This document shows, piece after piece, positions 23,401 to 35,449 of a DNA stretch of 38,395 bases; the first letter of the stretch is position 1, and every line of letters starts with the position of its first letter. Origin of the DNA: Octopus bimaculoides (lineage: Eukaryota); NCBI RefSeq assembly GCF_001194135.2, contig NC_068981.1, positions 197,663,525 through 197,701,919 on the forward strand, written 5' to 3'. Under the pieces are notes generated by a model. The model was not told the DNA's origin. It ran no database searches and worked only from the letters and a program-made list of their open reading frames with translations. The translations under genes were made by a program, and so were the position numbers.

Positions 23401-24139
23401 TCCCTGTCTCTCTGTCTCTTCCTGTCTCCTCCCTTTCCCTGATACTGGGGTTTAATGTTTAATCAATTTTACCTAATCAGAAAAACAGGATTTAGAAGCT
23501 GGCATTTTCTGCATAATAGCTGTCTATCAGAAAAATGAAAGCAGAATCATTACGAGGAGAAATTTTTGTTAAACAAACGAAGGCAAAGCACTACGACGAC
23601 CAAAGTTGTAAGAACTTCTGAAGTTTTAATAAATTTTAATGAATAAAGTCATAGGAAACGGTTGATCAAACATGTGAATAATTTAAAAAAGGAAGAGATT
23701 GTCAAGGAATTTTTTGCGAAAAATTGGACAAATCTGTCCTGATCAAGATGCCTATCTATCGATGAAGGCATGGTCTGACATGGAATAAGCAAAAATTCAT
23801 ATAAGACATTATATTATAGAAATTGGTCGACAACGACGGGCCATTCATCTATGGAAGGAAATGAAAGACGTTATCTATAGTTTTATTGTTTCAGTACGTT
23901 GGTCAAGTTTTAATAAATCTTAATACGGTGACTTGAAAACAAATATAAAAACACTTTACCTTTCACTTGTTAGTTTAACATATGTTGTTGGGCATATAGT
24001 AAAAGTTTTGACTGAGCAGACGATAGTTAATTCACTAAAGTGTTAGGTAAAAATTAAAGAACAAAGTATTAAAAATCGCTGTCCCTTCAGTAAACACATT
24101 CTCTCTCTACCGTTGTCCCTGCGTCTCGTTCTCTCTCTT

Positions 24140-24210
<71 letters not shown>

Positions 24211-24227
24211 CTCACATNNNNNNNNNN

Positions 24228-24262
<35 letters not shown>

Positions 24263-24575
24263 CTCACATTCCCTGTGTCTCTGTCTTCTCCCCTTCCCTG
24301 ATATCAGCCACCCTCGTTATGTCACCACATTTCCCTCAACCTAACGCTTTTTGCACCCGAATCATTTTATCATATAATAGCCCAATCGATAATGAATAGG
24401 GGATCCATTATCGATTTTTAGGGCCGATTATCGATTTCTATTGAAATCCAATTAGCCTATAATTGAACTGGATGTTAGTTTAACATGTATGCAAAGTTTC
24501 GTGAAGATTGATTCGCTGGTATAGGCACCAACATGATAACAGACAGAAATTACCATTTATATGTATAATATATAT
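22467..24575 (-). mobile_element. Non-autonomous Helitron-like element with internal duplications
   Basis: Minus-strand 3' end: CCGGG-tatta-CCTGG hairpin, aaactcag, CTAG then T (CTAG at 22467-22470). The opposite end, gcaaagtttcgtgaagattg..acagacag..tttatatgtata, resembles Lep1/HINE-type ends; the 5' TC is not clearly preserved. Confidence 0.6.
22765..24108 (+). repeat. Direct duplication: 22765-23160 and 23729-24108, plus partial copy 23179-23300
   Basis: Long near-identical blocks, e.g. gacaacgacgggccattcatctatggaa and aaaagttttgactgagc. Confidence 0.95.
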
Positions 24576-24636
24576 AAAATAAGTTTTAAGGTGAAAAAGC
24601 ACAGAAATCTTGTTTGTGTAGGTAAAGTTTTTTTAA

Positions 24637-24856
24637 TCCATTACTATATGTGCAGAGTCGACCGGTTTCGCTTTGCTAATCATGACTCAATATTATGAAA
24701 TTATAATAAGTTCTTGATTTGATCTTGTGCAGAAGCAGGTTGATACAGTTTTACGGTTACACAAGAGAGTCTAAGCAAGATTAAATCAAAAACTTATGAT
24801 TTCACAACATTGAATCATGATTAGCGAAGTGAAACCGGTCGACGTATTGTAATGGG
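24637..24856. mobile_element. piggyBac-type MITE
   Basis: TTAA at 24633-24636 and 24857-24860. Ends (t)CCATTAC / GTAATGGG. About 85-bp imperfect TIRs including gtcgaccggtttc.ctt.gctaatcatga. Confidence 0.8.
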
Positions 24857-25110
24857 TTAAATAATCTTTGTCTACACAAACAAGATTTCAGTGCTTTTTC
24901 ACCTTAAATCTTATATTTACCACCACGTGGAATCTCCCTCCCAATTTTTCACCCATATATATCGAGATACAAAGCTTCGTTTTTGTATCTGGTTTGCAAG
25001 ATTCTTTATGTGAACTCGTGTGTTGAAGCACATTTTGTTGTTTCTGGGAAGAATCATATTGCTTTAATACCTTATTATCTAACACACAATATATATAATA
25101 TATATATATT

Positions 25111-25146
<36 letters not shown>

Positions 25147-25156
25147 NNNNNNNNNN

Positions 25157-25320
25157 CGGGCTTCTTTCAGTTTCCGTCTACCAAATCCATTCACAAGGCT
25201 TTGGTCTGACGAAGGCTATAGTAGAAGACATTTGCTCAAGGTGCCACGCATTGGGACTGAACCCGGAACCATGCGGTTGGTAAGCAAGCTACCTACCACA
25301 CAGCCACTCCTGTGTCTGTA
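25157..25320 (-). mobile_element. SINE family B, 5' half (tRNA-like head)
   Basis: Minus strand TGGCTGTGTGGTAG..GGTTCCGGGTTCAGTCCC; truncated at a gap. Confidence 0.88.
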
Positions 25321-25782
25321 TATATATATATACACACGCTAATACACGACTTATAATCCCCAATCCTGTTCCTACAACGACTGGGGCAAAACTAGTCGGT
25401 ATACAGCACTTACTCGGTATTACCTGTATCTTTGGGTTTGGTTAAATCCAATACCCTCCTCAACCTTATANNNNNNNNNNNNNNNNNNNNNNNNNNNNNN
25501 NNNNNNNNNNNNNNNNNNNNNNNNNNNNNNNNNNNNNNNNNNNNNNNNNNNNNNNNNNNNNNNNNNNNNNNNNNNNNNNNNNNNNNNNNNNNNNNNNNNN
25601 NNNNNNNNNNNNNNNNNNNNNNNNNNNNNNNNNNNNNNNNNNNNNNNNNNNNNNNNNNNNNNNNNNNNNNNNNNNNNNNNNNNNNNNNNNNNNNNNNNNN
25701 NNNNNNNNNNNNNNNNNNNNNNNNNNNNNNNNNNNNNNNNNNNNNNNNNNNNNNNNNNNNNNNNNNNNNNNNNNNNNNNNNN

Positions 25783-25817
<35 letters not shown>

Positions 25818-25879
25818 TACATATATACATAATCACACACACATATACATATGCGTATATGTGCGCGCATACGCCATCA

Positions 25880-26250
25880 TCAGTCGTATCGCTTCTCTTC
25901 ATGAATCGACGATAGGTGGCAGCTCTTGGCTGGATCAATGAACTTCGGGTGGTGATGGTAGTGGGGAGTCCCCAGAACCTCAACCGACCGCACGTCGCTT
26001 TGGTCACCTCAGCGGCTACAACCTGTCCGTACTCAAGTGTAAAGATAACGACCCCATAAAAATTGATATAACGGCTAAGGCGTCCAGTTGTTACACTTGT
26101 GCCCCGCTGTCACAGGTATTGCGGCACAAAGCGTGCCACTTCACTTCGACGTCGATTTTGAAGACCATGCCCCTTTCCTCGGTGATGGAATTCTCATTAT
26201 TTTAAATACGGAGTTTCATTCACCTAATCTTTTGAGGGCATTACGAAAAC
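25880..26250 (+). mobile_element. Probable 5' part of an RTE-like LINE (start of ORF, deleted downstream)
   Basis: Open frame SGGDGSGESPEPQPTARRFGHLSGYNLSVLKCKDNDPIKIDI resembles the LKC..IKI lead-in to an AP-endonuclease domain. GC-rich relative to flanks. Recall-based. Confidence 0.4.
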
Positions 26251-26287
26251 CCCTCAGCTATTTGACAGGCAGAAATATGTTATTCAA

Positions 26288-26660
26288 TTTTTTTCTTTAC
26301 CCGTTTCCGTCATTAGTCTGCGGCCACGCTGGGGCACCGCGTGCAAGAATTTTAGACAAACGAATCAACCCAAGCACTTATTTTTTTAAAACCTGATGCT
26401 TATTCTATCGGTTCTTTTACCGAGCTGCTAAGTTACGGGGATGTAAGCACACCAACGCCAGTTGTCAAGTGGTTGTCTGTGTGTGTGTGTGTGTGTGAAA
26501 CACAGACACAAAGACACACACACACACAGATATATTTTTATATGGATGCGCCAGGTATCTTTCAGTTCCATCTATCAAATCTGACACTTGACATTGAGAC
26601 TGAACCTGGAACCATGGAGTTGGGAAGCAAAGCTCTTACCACACAGCCACGCTTGCGTCT
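26288..26660 (-). mobile_element. SINE family B, degenerate near-full copy
   Basis: Head, internal CA/GT array and tail homologous to 29885-30292. Confidence 0.85.
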
Positions 26661-27512
26661 TCCATGTGAGTCAAATTTTATATTTTCTCGATGAAATCGC
26701 GGGGCAAGAAAATAGAAAATTTCGTCACTTAAGCTGTTTTCTAGAAGATGACTTGTATTCGGAACCAGTTTTTGGCATGGAACTGTAGCAAAAAAATTCC
26801 TGCGCTTGTTGCCGTCTTCGTTGTTTGTAAAATTTTTAAAGTTTTTTTTTCTTTTGGATTTTTTTCTGTGTCGTGCAAACGTCTGAGTTGGCTTATTTGA
26901 AGGTTATCATATCATTTTTTCCCCCGCTTGTCAAATTTGATTCTTCTAAAATCATGTTCTTGTTTACAAAATTTTCGAAATTCTGTTCCAAATTTTTGTG
27001 GGCGTGTACGTTAGAAGAAGAACCAAACATACTGTTACACAAATAAACAAACAATAACGAAATATTTTATCCAAAAATATTTAACAACAAAGCGTGTGTG
27101 TGTTTTTCACTCCAGGCTAAAAAGAGCTGGAGACTCAAATGTGGTAAAGATTAGTAATCTCGGCCACAAAGAGGTTGTCTTTAGAGTATAGACGTGGCAA
27201 CCTTATGCCTCTATGGGCCAATGGCTATGTCTAACCACGTCTACTTCCTTCAAAACGCAACAAAATATATCAGGTTGAGTAAATCAAAAGTGCAGACAAA
27301 TATGTTTAATGACTTATTGAAAGAATTGGAAAAATACCCAAATATCTAAATAGAAAAATAAAACAAACTGTACAACCCTAAGCTGCTTATCGTCTGTACC
27401 TTAGAAATATGGCGGAGGATAAATAATAATATGAGTTAAAAATAGGAAATGGAATTGCGAGAAAAGCAGAAAGAATATTGCAAATGTTCATTTGGATGGA
27501 AACATAAATGAT

Positions 27513-27715
27513 GGGTTTCACCTTTTGGCACAAGGCCAGCAATTTCGTGGGAAGGGTTAAGTGGATTAGACCAACCCGAGTGTTCAACATCTACTTATTT
27601 TATCGTCCTCAGAAGAATGGAAAGCAAACTGGATCTCGGCTGAATATGAACTCAGGACATTAAGACGGACGAAATACCGCTCAGCGTTTTGTGCCCGGTA
27701 TGGTAGCAATTTTGT
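27513..27715 (-). mobile_element. Degenerate SINE family A
   Basis: ggcacaaggccagcaattt..gaactcaggacattaagacggacgaaataccgct. Confidence 0.8.
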
Positions 27716-27781
27716 CGCTTTGGTTGTAGAGACATTGTTGACCAAATAAGCCGTAAGTAGAAGGAGAAATGTAGGGAATGG

Positions 27782-27840
27782 ACTCACCTGGAGAAGGCAA
27801 AGAAACAAATGAAGAATCGAAAGGTAAATAGGAGATTGAT
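27782..27840 (-). promoter_or_regulatory. Juxtaposed 3' and 5' splice signals (candidate recursive splice site)
   Basis: Minus strand tatttacctttcgattcttcatttgtttctttgccttctcCAG/GTGAGT. Confidence 0.45.
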
Positions 27841-28569
27841 ATATAATACTATTTGTAAGCCTAAAGAGGCGAAAGGAAGTAAGGAAGTCCTTGCAAATAG
27901 CTACAAAAGACCTTTTTTTAATCTCCTTAAAGAAGCCACTCAATATAAACGAGAGGCTGAGCCTCTAAACGACGATGCATTTGTGTGTATTTGTCTGTAT
28001 CTGCGCGTGACTATACACCTGTTTAAACCTGCGTGGTTGGTCCTTCCAATGTATATATACAGAAGCCGGTGTGTATACACACATTCACACATTCACACAA
28101 AATCTCATCAACAAACTCACCCTAATAAACTCCTCCTCCTCCTCCTCCCATTTACCCATATTTCAAGCCACCGATTAAAAATGCTTGAAGGCAGTGCCCC
28201 AGCATGGCCGCAGTTTAATGACTGAAAATAAGAAGGTAAAAAGTTAAAAAATGAGTTTCTTTCCTTGAAAATAACCACAACTCCAGAACTCCAGCATATT
28301 TCACACACATTCAACACACACACACGCCCTTAACATGGCCCTTCCACACACATATTCACCCATTCGTACACCAATACATCAACACACCCGACTACTCCTA
28401 CCTCCCCCACCCCACCTCAGTCGCATATAAAATCGGAACTTATGTCACACTGCTACCAGCAAGAAAAGAAATATTCCTGCTCTAATAACAAATCTGATTC
28501 TGGTTTCAGATTGTTATCTATTTGCCTTATCAAAAGAAAACACACACACACACAAACTCACACACACGC

Positions 28570-28790
28570 ACATACATGCACATATACTCACACACAGACA
28601 CACACACAAATATATACATATATATACGACGGGCTTCTTCCAGCTTCCGTCAACCAAATCCACCCACGATGCCTTGGTCGGCCCGAGACTCAAGTAGAAG
28701 ACATTTGCCCAAAGTGCCACGCAGTGGGATTGAACCCAGAACCATATGGTTGGGAAGTAAGCTTCTTACCCTACAGCCACGCCTGCGCCA
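28570..28790 (-). mobile_element. SINE family B, 5' half
   Basis: gacgggcttcttccagcttccgtc..gtgccacgcagtgggattgaaccc..cagccacgcctgcgcc. Confidence 0.88.
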
Positions 28791-28949
28791 TATGCGTATG
28801 TATTAATTATATCCTTTTTTTTTGCAATTAAAATATTCCAATTCGCGCGTGTGCAAATGAATGAGTGGTTAAAATTATGCCCGTGTGAACATGAAATACG
28901 TCTGTCTCCAGGTATATTTGGTTCGTTTTGAAATGTGTGTAAAAATGCA

Positions 28950-29179
28950 AATATTCTTTTCTACTCTAGGCACAAGGCCCGAAATTTTGGAAGAGGGGTG
29001 GGGCAGTCGATTAGATTGCCCCCCCCCCAGTACGCAACTGGTATTTAATTTATCGACTCCGAAAGGATGAAAAGCAAAGTCGACCTCGGCGGAATTTGAA
29101 CTCAAAACGTAAAGACAAACGAAATACCGCTAAGCATTTCGCTCGGTGTGTATAATGATTCTGCCAGCTCCCCGCGCCT
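28950..29179 (-). mobile_element. SINE family A with TSD
   Basis: TSD TGTAAAAATGCA at 28938-28949 and 29180-29191. Confidence 0.92.
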
Positions 29180-29447
29180 TGTAAAAATGCATATATTGCA
29201 TCAAATCTGGCTGCACTCGCGACACTTAATCAACGAAGAAGAGGTGGAAGCTTCGCCTCAAAGCGTACAGTCAAAGAACGGGCAGAAAGGTGGCTTCTGA
29301 CGGCGCAGCACAAGAATGACCTCTACTTGGAATGCTTGGCGGATCTTGTTGTAAATGGAAAAACGAAACAAATAAGTCACCGAAATATTGCAAAGCATTT
29401 GACTCACAATAAAATTTATGTGGGAGAGAGTAACTTAGCTATAGGTG

Positions 29448-29485
<38 letters not shown>

Positions 29486-29530
29486 GTGTGATAGTTATTG
29501 TTTTACTTTCTGAATGTGTGTACAAAATAT

Positions 29531-29808
29531 ATGTAGATGGATTTGATAGACGGAAACTGAAAGAAGCCCGTCGTATGTATGTGTGTGTGTGTTTGTGTGT
29601 CTGTGTTTGTCCCCCCACCCACTGTCGCTTGACATTCGATGTTGGTGTGTTCACGTCCACGTAACTTAGCGGTTCGGCAAAATGGACCGATAGAATAAGT
29701 ACTAGGTTTACAAAGAAAAAGTCCTGGGGTCGATTTTTTCTATAGAAGGTGGTGCTTCAGCATGGCCGCAATCAAACGACTGAAACAAGTAAAGGAATAT
29801 AAGAATAC
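29531..29808 (+). mobile_element. SINE family B lacking head
   Basis: agacggaaactgaaagaagcccgtcg, (GT)n, then the full 3' half. Confidence 0.9.
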
Positions 29809-29842
29809 AAATATATATATATATGTATATATAAAGAGTAAA

Positions 29843-29884
<42 letters not shown>

Positions 29885-29888
<4 letters not shown>

Positions 29889-30292
29889 TTTACTCTTTTA
29901 CTTGTTTCAGTCATTTTGACTGTGGCCATGCTGGAGCACCGCCTTTAGTTGAGCAAATCGACCCCAGGACTTATTCTTTGTAAGCCTAGTACTTATTCTA
30001 TCGGTCTCTTTTGTCGACCCGCTAAGTTACGGGGACGTAAACACACCAGCATCGGTTGTTAAGCGACAGTGGGTGGGGGTACAAACACACAAGCATCTAC
30101 ACAAACTTATACATACATATATATAAATATTTATATATGACAGGCTTCTTTCAGTTTCCGTCTACCAAATCCTCTCACAAGGCTTTGGTCGGCTCGAGGC
30201 TATAGTAGAAGACACTTGCCCAAGGGGCCATGCTGTGGGACTGAACTCGGAACCATGTGGTTGGTAAGTAAGCTACTTACCACACAGCCAGA
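29885..30292 (-). mobile_element. SINE family B, full-length reference copy
   Basis: Head, internal TA/CA microsatellite and tail all present. Confidence 0.92.
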
Positions 30293-30428
30293 GTTTCAGA
30301 TGTGTTTCGGATGAGTTTTATTATGACAACCAACTAATTGTCACATATATTTATAGATAAATTCCTCTATTTTACACAATATCGACGTTTCATTCATTCT
30401 TTTGTTGTCATATCATTATTATTAATAT

Positions 30429-30468
<40 letters not shown>

Positions 30469-31364
30469 GCGTATATAAGAAATGTATGTAAATGGTGGTA
30501 GGTAGTTATTTTATGGGATAAATGTTTTGGGATCCAATAAAAAATATATGCCATTTTAAAGTCTAGACTCAGAGTCTGATGTGAATGCAAAAGAAAGAAA
30601 CGGCAAGACGAGCTGAACTTAGCAGTGCCAGCACCAGGATGTCTCCACATCCGATTTATTGCAGGCGACACAGACTGGCGTTCCTTTATTGCGACGAGCA
30701 AACTTATCAACAAAGAAAGAAGATAATTATATTATCAATTTCTACTGACTCCTTCCTCGTCCACTTCTTTACTTGTATTCCTTTGTTTCTCTTACGTAAA
30801 AGTGATTACGAAGACTCACACAATCTGGAATGTATTTATTTGCGAGATTGCAGAATCACTCAGCATGTTACGTTTTACGGAGTTCTGAGGAATCATTTCC
30901 AACATGTGCTATAAAAGATATCCAAATTAATCATTGTTGCTGGAATTGTTAGAACATTAACCAAGGTTGGTTATATTTAATGAAGATGAAACGATTGTAA
31001 ACAATGTACGAAAATGATTTTCTAGTTTTCGATATTTGTCATTTTTGCCTGTCCTTCTAATTGTTGTTTTTCCTGTTCTCCTTTGTATCGTCTATCTGTC
31101 CGGTTGTTTTATTGTCCTCTATTGCGTTTTTGTTCCATTATATATATATATATNNNNNNNNNNNNNNNNNNNNNNNNNNNNNNNNNNNNNNNNNNNNNNN
31201 NNNNNNNNNNNNNNNNNNNNNNNNNNNNNNNNNNNNNNNNNNNNNNNNNNNNNNNNNNNNNNNNNNNNNNNNNNNNNNNNNNNNNNNNNNNNNNNNNNNN
31301 NNNNNNNNNNNNNNNNNNNNNNNNNNNNNNNNNNNNNNNNNNNTATATATATTTTTTTTTCTGT

Positions 31365-31757
31365 TATTCTTTTACTCTTTTTCTTATTTCAGTGATTTGA
31401 CTGCGGCCATGTTGGGGCACCGCCTTTAGTCGAACCACTCGATATTCTTTGTAACTCTGGTACTTATACTATCGGTCCCTTTTGCTAAACCGCTAGTTTA
31501 CGGGGAACGTAAACACACAAATATCGATTCTTATGCGGTGGTGGTGAACAACACAAACGCAGACACAGACACACACACATATATACATATATATATGACG
31601 GGCTTCTTTCAGTTTCCGCCTACCAAATCCACTCACAAGGCTTTGGTCGGCCGAAGGCTATATTAGAAGACACTTGCCCATGGTGCCACGCAGTGGGACT
31701 GAACCTGGAAACGTGGTTGGGAAGCAAGCTTCTTATCACGCAGCCACTCCTGCACCT
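31365..31757 (-). mobile_element. SINE family B, full-length
   Basis: Homology along the whole length to 29885-30292. Confidence 0.9.
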
Positions 31758-31830
31758 ATATATATATATGTGTGTGTATGTGTATTTTTGTGTGTGTGTG
31801 TGTGTATGTTTGTGTGTGTGTGTGTGTGTG

Positions 31831-31998
31831 TAGTTAGGTAGATATGATTCGTTTTGGGAGTAGTAGAACTCGAAGCAGACAAAGCTATAAACAATAGCGT
31901 GGACATAATGGGTTTAAAAATCTTTCAGATAGAAAAATCAGAAGGTTGCCTGTGGGACACGAACCCATATCTCCTGTAAACATGACAGACATTCTACC
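31831..31998 (-). mobile_element. tRNA-headed repeat (family D), inverted partner of 33144-33312
   Basis: Reverse complement aligns over about 168 bp with 33144-33312. Confidence 0.85.
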
Positions 31999-32442
31999 CC
32001 CACCACATAATGTAGGAGCGCTCCGCAAATTTTTCTTCTAAACTCAGCTCATAAATCGATGCTTAGGTAGAAACATTTTCCCGAGTGCCCTGCGATGGGA
32101 TCGAATCAAAAACTGTTGTCGCAGAGCGTTCTTCTGAACCACACAGCTGTACCCACGCGTTAATCTTGTAGAATCTCCCTACAGTATGTCGAAGTAAAGC
32201 TTATTATCCGAATGCGTTGGTGTATTTACTTAGAGTAAGCTAAAAGTAGGAAGTAAACGGACGAAAGATGTGTAGCTTTTGTAAGAGGTAGAATGAAGTT
32301 TGTGCAGAATTACTACAAAAGCATTTTCCTAGATTCAGGTGTTTGAATTTTCTCTCTTTCTCTTTTACATAAACAGATATTCTACGAGAAATCTGCTGTT
32401 TTAAGTGAAACGTCAAATATCAGATATTAGTAGCGTAAACTA

Positions 32443-32816
32443 CAGGGGTAGGACAAAATAATGGAAGCATGTTAAAATTTGAAACAAATTTATTTTAATA
32501 TGGGGTAAGACCGCCTTTGGCAGAAATTACAGCTTGAATTCTACGAAGTATGGATTCGTACACAGTTTGAATTGTTTCCAAAGGAATTTTTGTCCATTCT
32601 TCAGCTAAAACAGTCTCTAGTTCTTGTAGTGATGATAGTGGAGGATATCGGCTCCTTACGTTTTCTAAAATGCACCAGAAATATTGAATAATGTGGAGAC
32701 TGCGGTGGCCAGATTAGAAGTTCAACCATTGGGCCGGCGGATTTCCAACATATAGCCACCCCACCCCGATCATCACAGATCCTCCTCCATGTGTAACAGT
32801 TGGAAGAAGGCAGTGT
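32443..32816 (-). mobile_element. Tc1 transposon 3' end, internally deleted transposase
   Basis: CLLPTVTHGGGSVMI..WPPQSP..VRSRYPPLSSLQELETVLAEEWTKIPLETIQTVYESILRRIQAVISAKGGLTPY*. Terminus TA/CAGGGGTAGGACAAAATAATGG. Confidence 0.9.
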
Positions 32817-33143
32817 GTGTCAAATGCTTCTTTTGGCTGTCTCTACACGTATATTCGGTTGGTGCTCAGAAATAAGGTAAGGGATGACTTGTCCGAGAAA
32901 ATAACATTTTTCCCCTGCTCTAGGGACCAATTCTGTAGGTTTTTATTCCACTCTAAACGCTTTGCAACGTTTGTTTTTGAAAATAGTGGTTTTGTGATTG
33001 CAGCCCTGTCTGTGTGTGTGTGCGCGCGCGTGTGTTTGTGTGTGTGCGTGCGTGTGTTTCTATGTGTGTGTGTGCGTGCGTGCGTGTGTTTCTATGTGTG
33101 TGTGTGCGTGCGTGCGCGTGTGTTTGTGTGTGTATGTATGTAT

Positions 33144-33312
33144 GGTAGAACGCCTGTGATGTTTACGGGAGATATGGGTTCGTATCCCACGGTAAGCCTT
33201 CGGTTTTTTTCTATCTGAAAGCTTTTGAAACCCATTATATCCACACTATTGTTTATAGCTTTGTCTGCTTCGAGATCTACTACTCCTAAAATGAATTATA
33301 TCTACCTAACTA
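33144..33312 (+). mobile_element. tRNA-headed repeat (family D)
   Basis: GGTAGAACG (A-box-like) and GGGTTCGTATCCC (B-box), followed by a non-tRNA body. Confidence 0.85.
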
Positions 33313-34283
33313 TACATACATGACAATGAAACGTCCATGCCAAACATTTAATTTTGGCAAAATATATTTTTAGAATGACTTCTTGGAAATGGTGTAGTTT
33401 TAATTTTTTAGCTTATGATAAAATTTCTAAGGACATTTTCTTACTTTTATAATTGAATTTCTAAACAAAAACTAAAGTCATTCGTCGTTTGATAGCAGAT
33501 CGAATTCCTGATTTCGATCTGCTATTTCCTCTGAGTCCTTGCTAATTTTACTTCATTATACATCCGGCTTTAAACTGTAAATTTTAATATTTAATTTTTA
33601 AACTCCCTATTGATAGGTAGCACTCTATTTTACAATAACTTTAATTCAATAAGTTCGATTTCTTTATTTGATGACCTCCCTACTCTCCTCCCTCCAACCA
33701 ATATCCACAGAATACCCCTAGGATTCTGTGTTTCTCCATATCCCCCCATTTACCAGGAGCAAAAGACTCCCATACCCCGACCCTGATCTTCTCGTATGCC
33801 TTTATTTTTATTTCTATTTTACCTTTATTTTTCTTTCACCCTTTCGTTTGATTTATTTATCTTCTCTTTTTTCCCTTATCCTTAATTGTTTTATGACCCC
33901 TCCTTACTTACCACAACCCATAGCTTACCATAATGAATTTTCTCCTACAACCCACTCCAGTCTACCCGGGATCTAGTCTAGCAGACTCCTTCTCACCCGA
34001 TCCACTGACCTTAGATATTAAATTACACACTTTCAAGAACTACATTCTTATCCTAAACTGCCAACAGAGTTGCTCATTCTCTCATTTCATTGTTGGCCTT
34101 GGTGGACATATCCCTGCTGTATTCCTGGATATTCTTTTATTTTGTAAAATTCCATCTCATCTGATTATTATGGTCTTTTATAATGACGTAATGTTCTCAT
34201 TCGTCTATTAAAAGTTACGTAAGAAACAGCTGTAACGAGCTGACAAATACCCATCGTCTGTTATTATATTCATTTAATATGTG

Positions 34284-34341
<58 letters not shown>

Positions 34342-34579
34342 CGTGTGTGCGTGTGTATGTGTGTGTGTACATACATAAAGACATTGAAGTGGAGAATGCC
34401 TAAAATTCCAGTTCTATGAAAAGAACTTTTAATCTGCTAATCCTTTCGTTCTGGTTATACACGCGCATATATCACCATATATACATATTCACATACCTCC
34501 AGGCATACGCGCATTCACGCACATATACATATTCAAGCACACATATACCATATAGTCCTACATCTATATATCACGCACG

Positions 34580-34618
<39 letters not shown>

Positions 34619-35056
34619 ATATCTCCATATATACATACCCAGCAGAAGCACATTCACACCCACACATGTCACACGCATGTACACACACACACACGTACGC
34701 ACCACACACATTTACACACATTTCACGAATACATACCACCCCACACGCATTTACACACACATACACATCCTTCCCATACATGACCTCCCCCCTCACACAC
34801 ACAATCTGTCAAGGAAGAAGAGATAAAGTATAAAACATGTTCTCACATTTAAGTCTTCAAGCAGACGATAATTTGTTTTAATAAATTCCGGAGACATTTT
34901 TCTGTTCAGTTGGCAACATGTGTTTAAGTGTTTAGTTCAACATCTTCAGTCTGAGCATATTTAGAGAAAACATTGTTTGAAGAGGAACATTAGGGGTCAC
35001 TATAGTTTTGGAGAAGTATTTATCCAGGGTTAACTGGATGAGACAGTGAAGAGAAA

Positions 35057-35250
35057 GATTTTCTAGTTTAGGCACAAGATCGATAAGTTTAGAGAACAGG
35101 GTTAGTTGATTACATCGAACCCAGTACACAAGTGGTATTTGATCGACCCCGAAGGGATGAAAAGTAAAGTTAGCCTCGGCGATATTTGAACACTGATTGC
35201 AAAGTATTGGAATGTATTGCAAGGTATGTTATCCGACACGTGTTTCTGCT
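35057..35250 (-). mobile_element. Degenerate SINE family A
   Basis: ggcacaag..gattacatcgaaccc..atcgaccccgaagggatgaaaag..cctcggcg..tttgaac. Confidence 0.8.
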
Positions 35251-35449
35251 AATGAACCTCCTGTTCACGGAATAGATATAATGAGAGGAGGAGAGTCATA
35301 TATAATGGAGGAAGAGTGTCATTTGTTAGTTCAGATGGATAAAGAGAGGCGTAGTGTGAGGAGAAGAGACATAGAAATCTTGTGAGCCAGTGTTTGTAGT
35401 CTGTAGAGTGTCGATCGACCTTGTTTCGTTTGTTTTCAGAAAGCAATGA

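Noticed and set aside
30565-30720. Ankyrin-like words SDVNAKERNGKT / LNLAV
   Set aside because: Needs a frameshift, is a single partial repeat and has no clear splice sites; could be chance. A BLASTX hit would reopen it.
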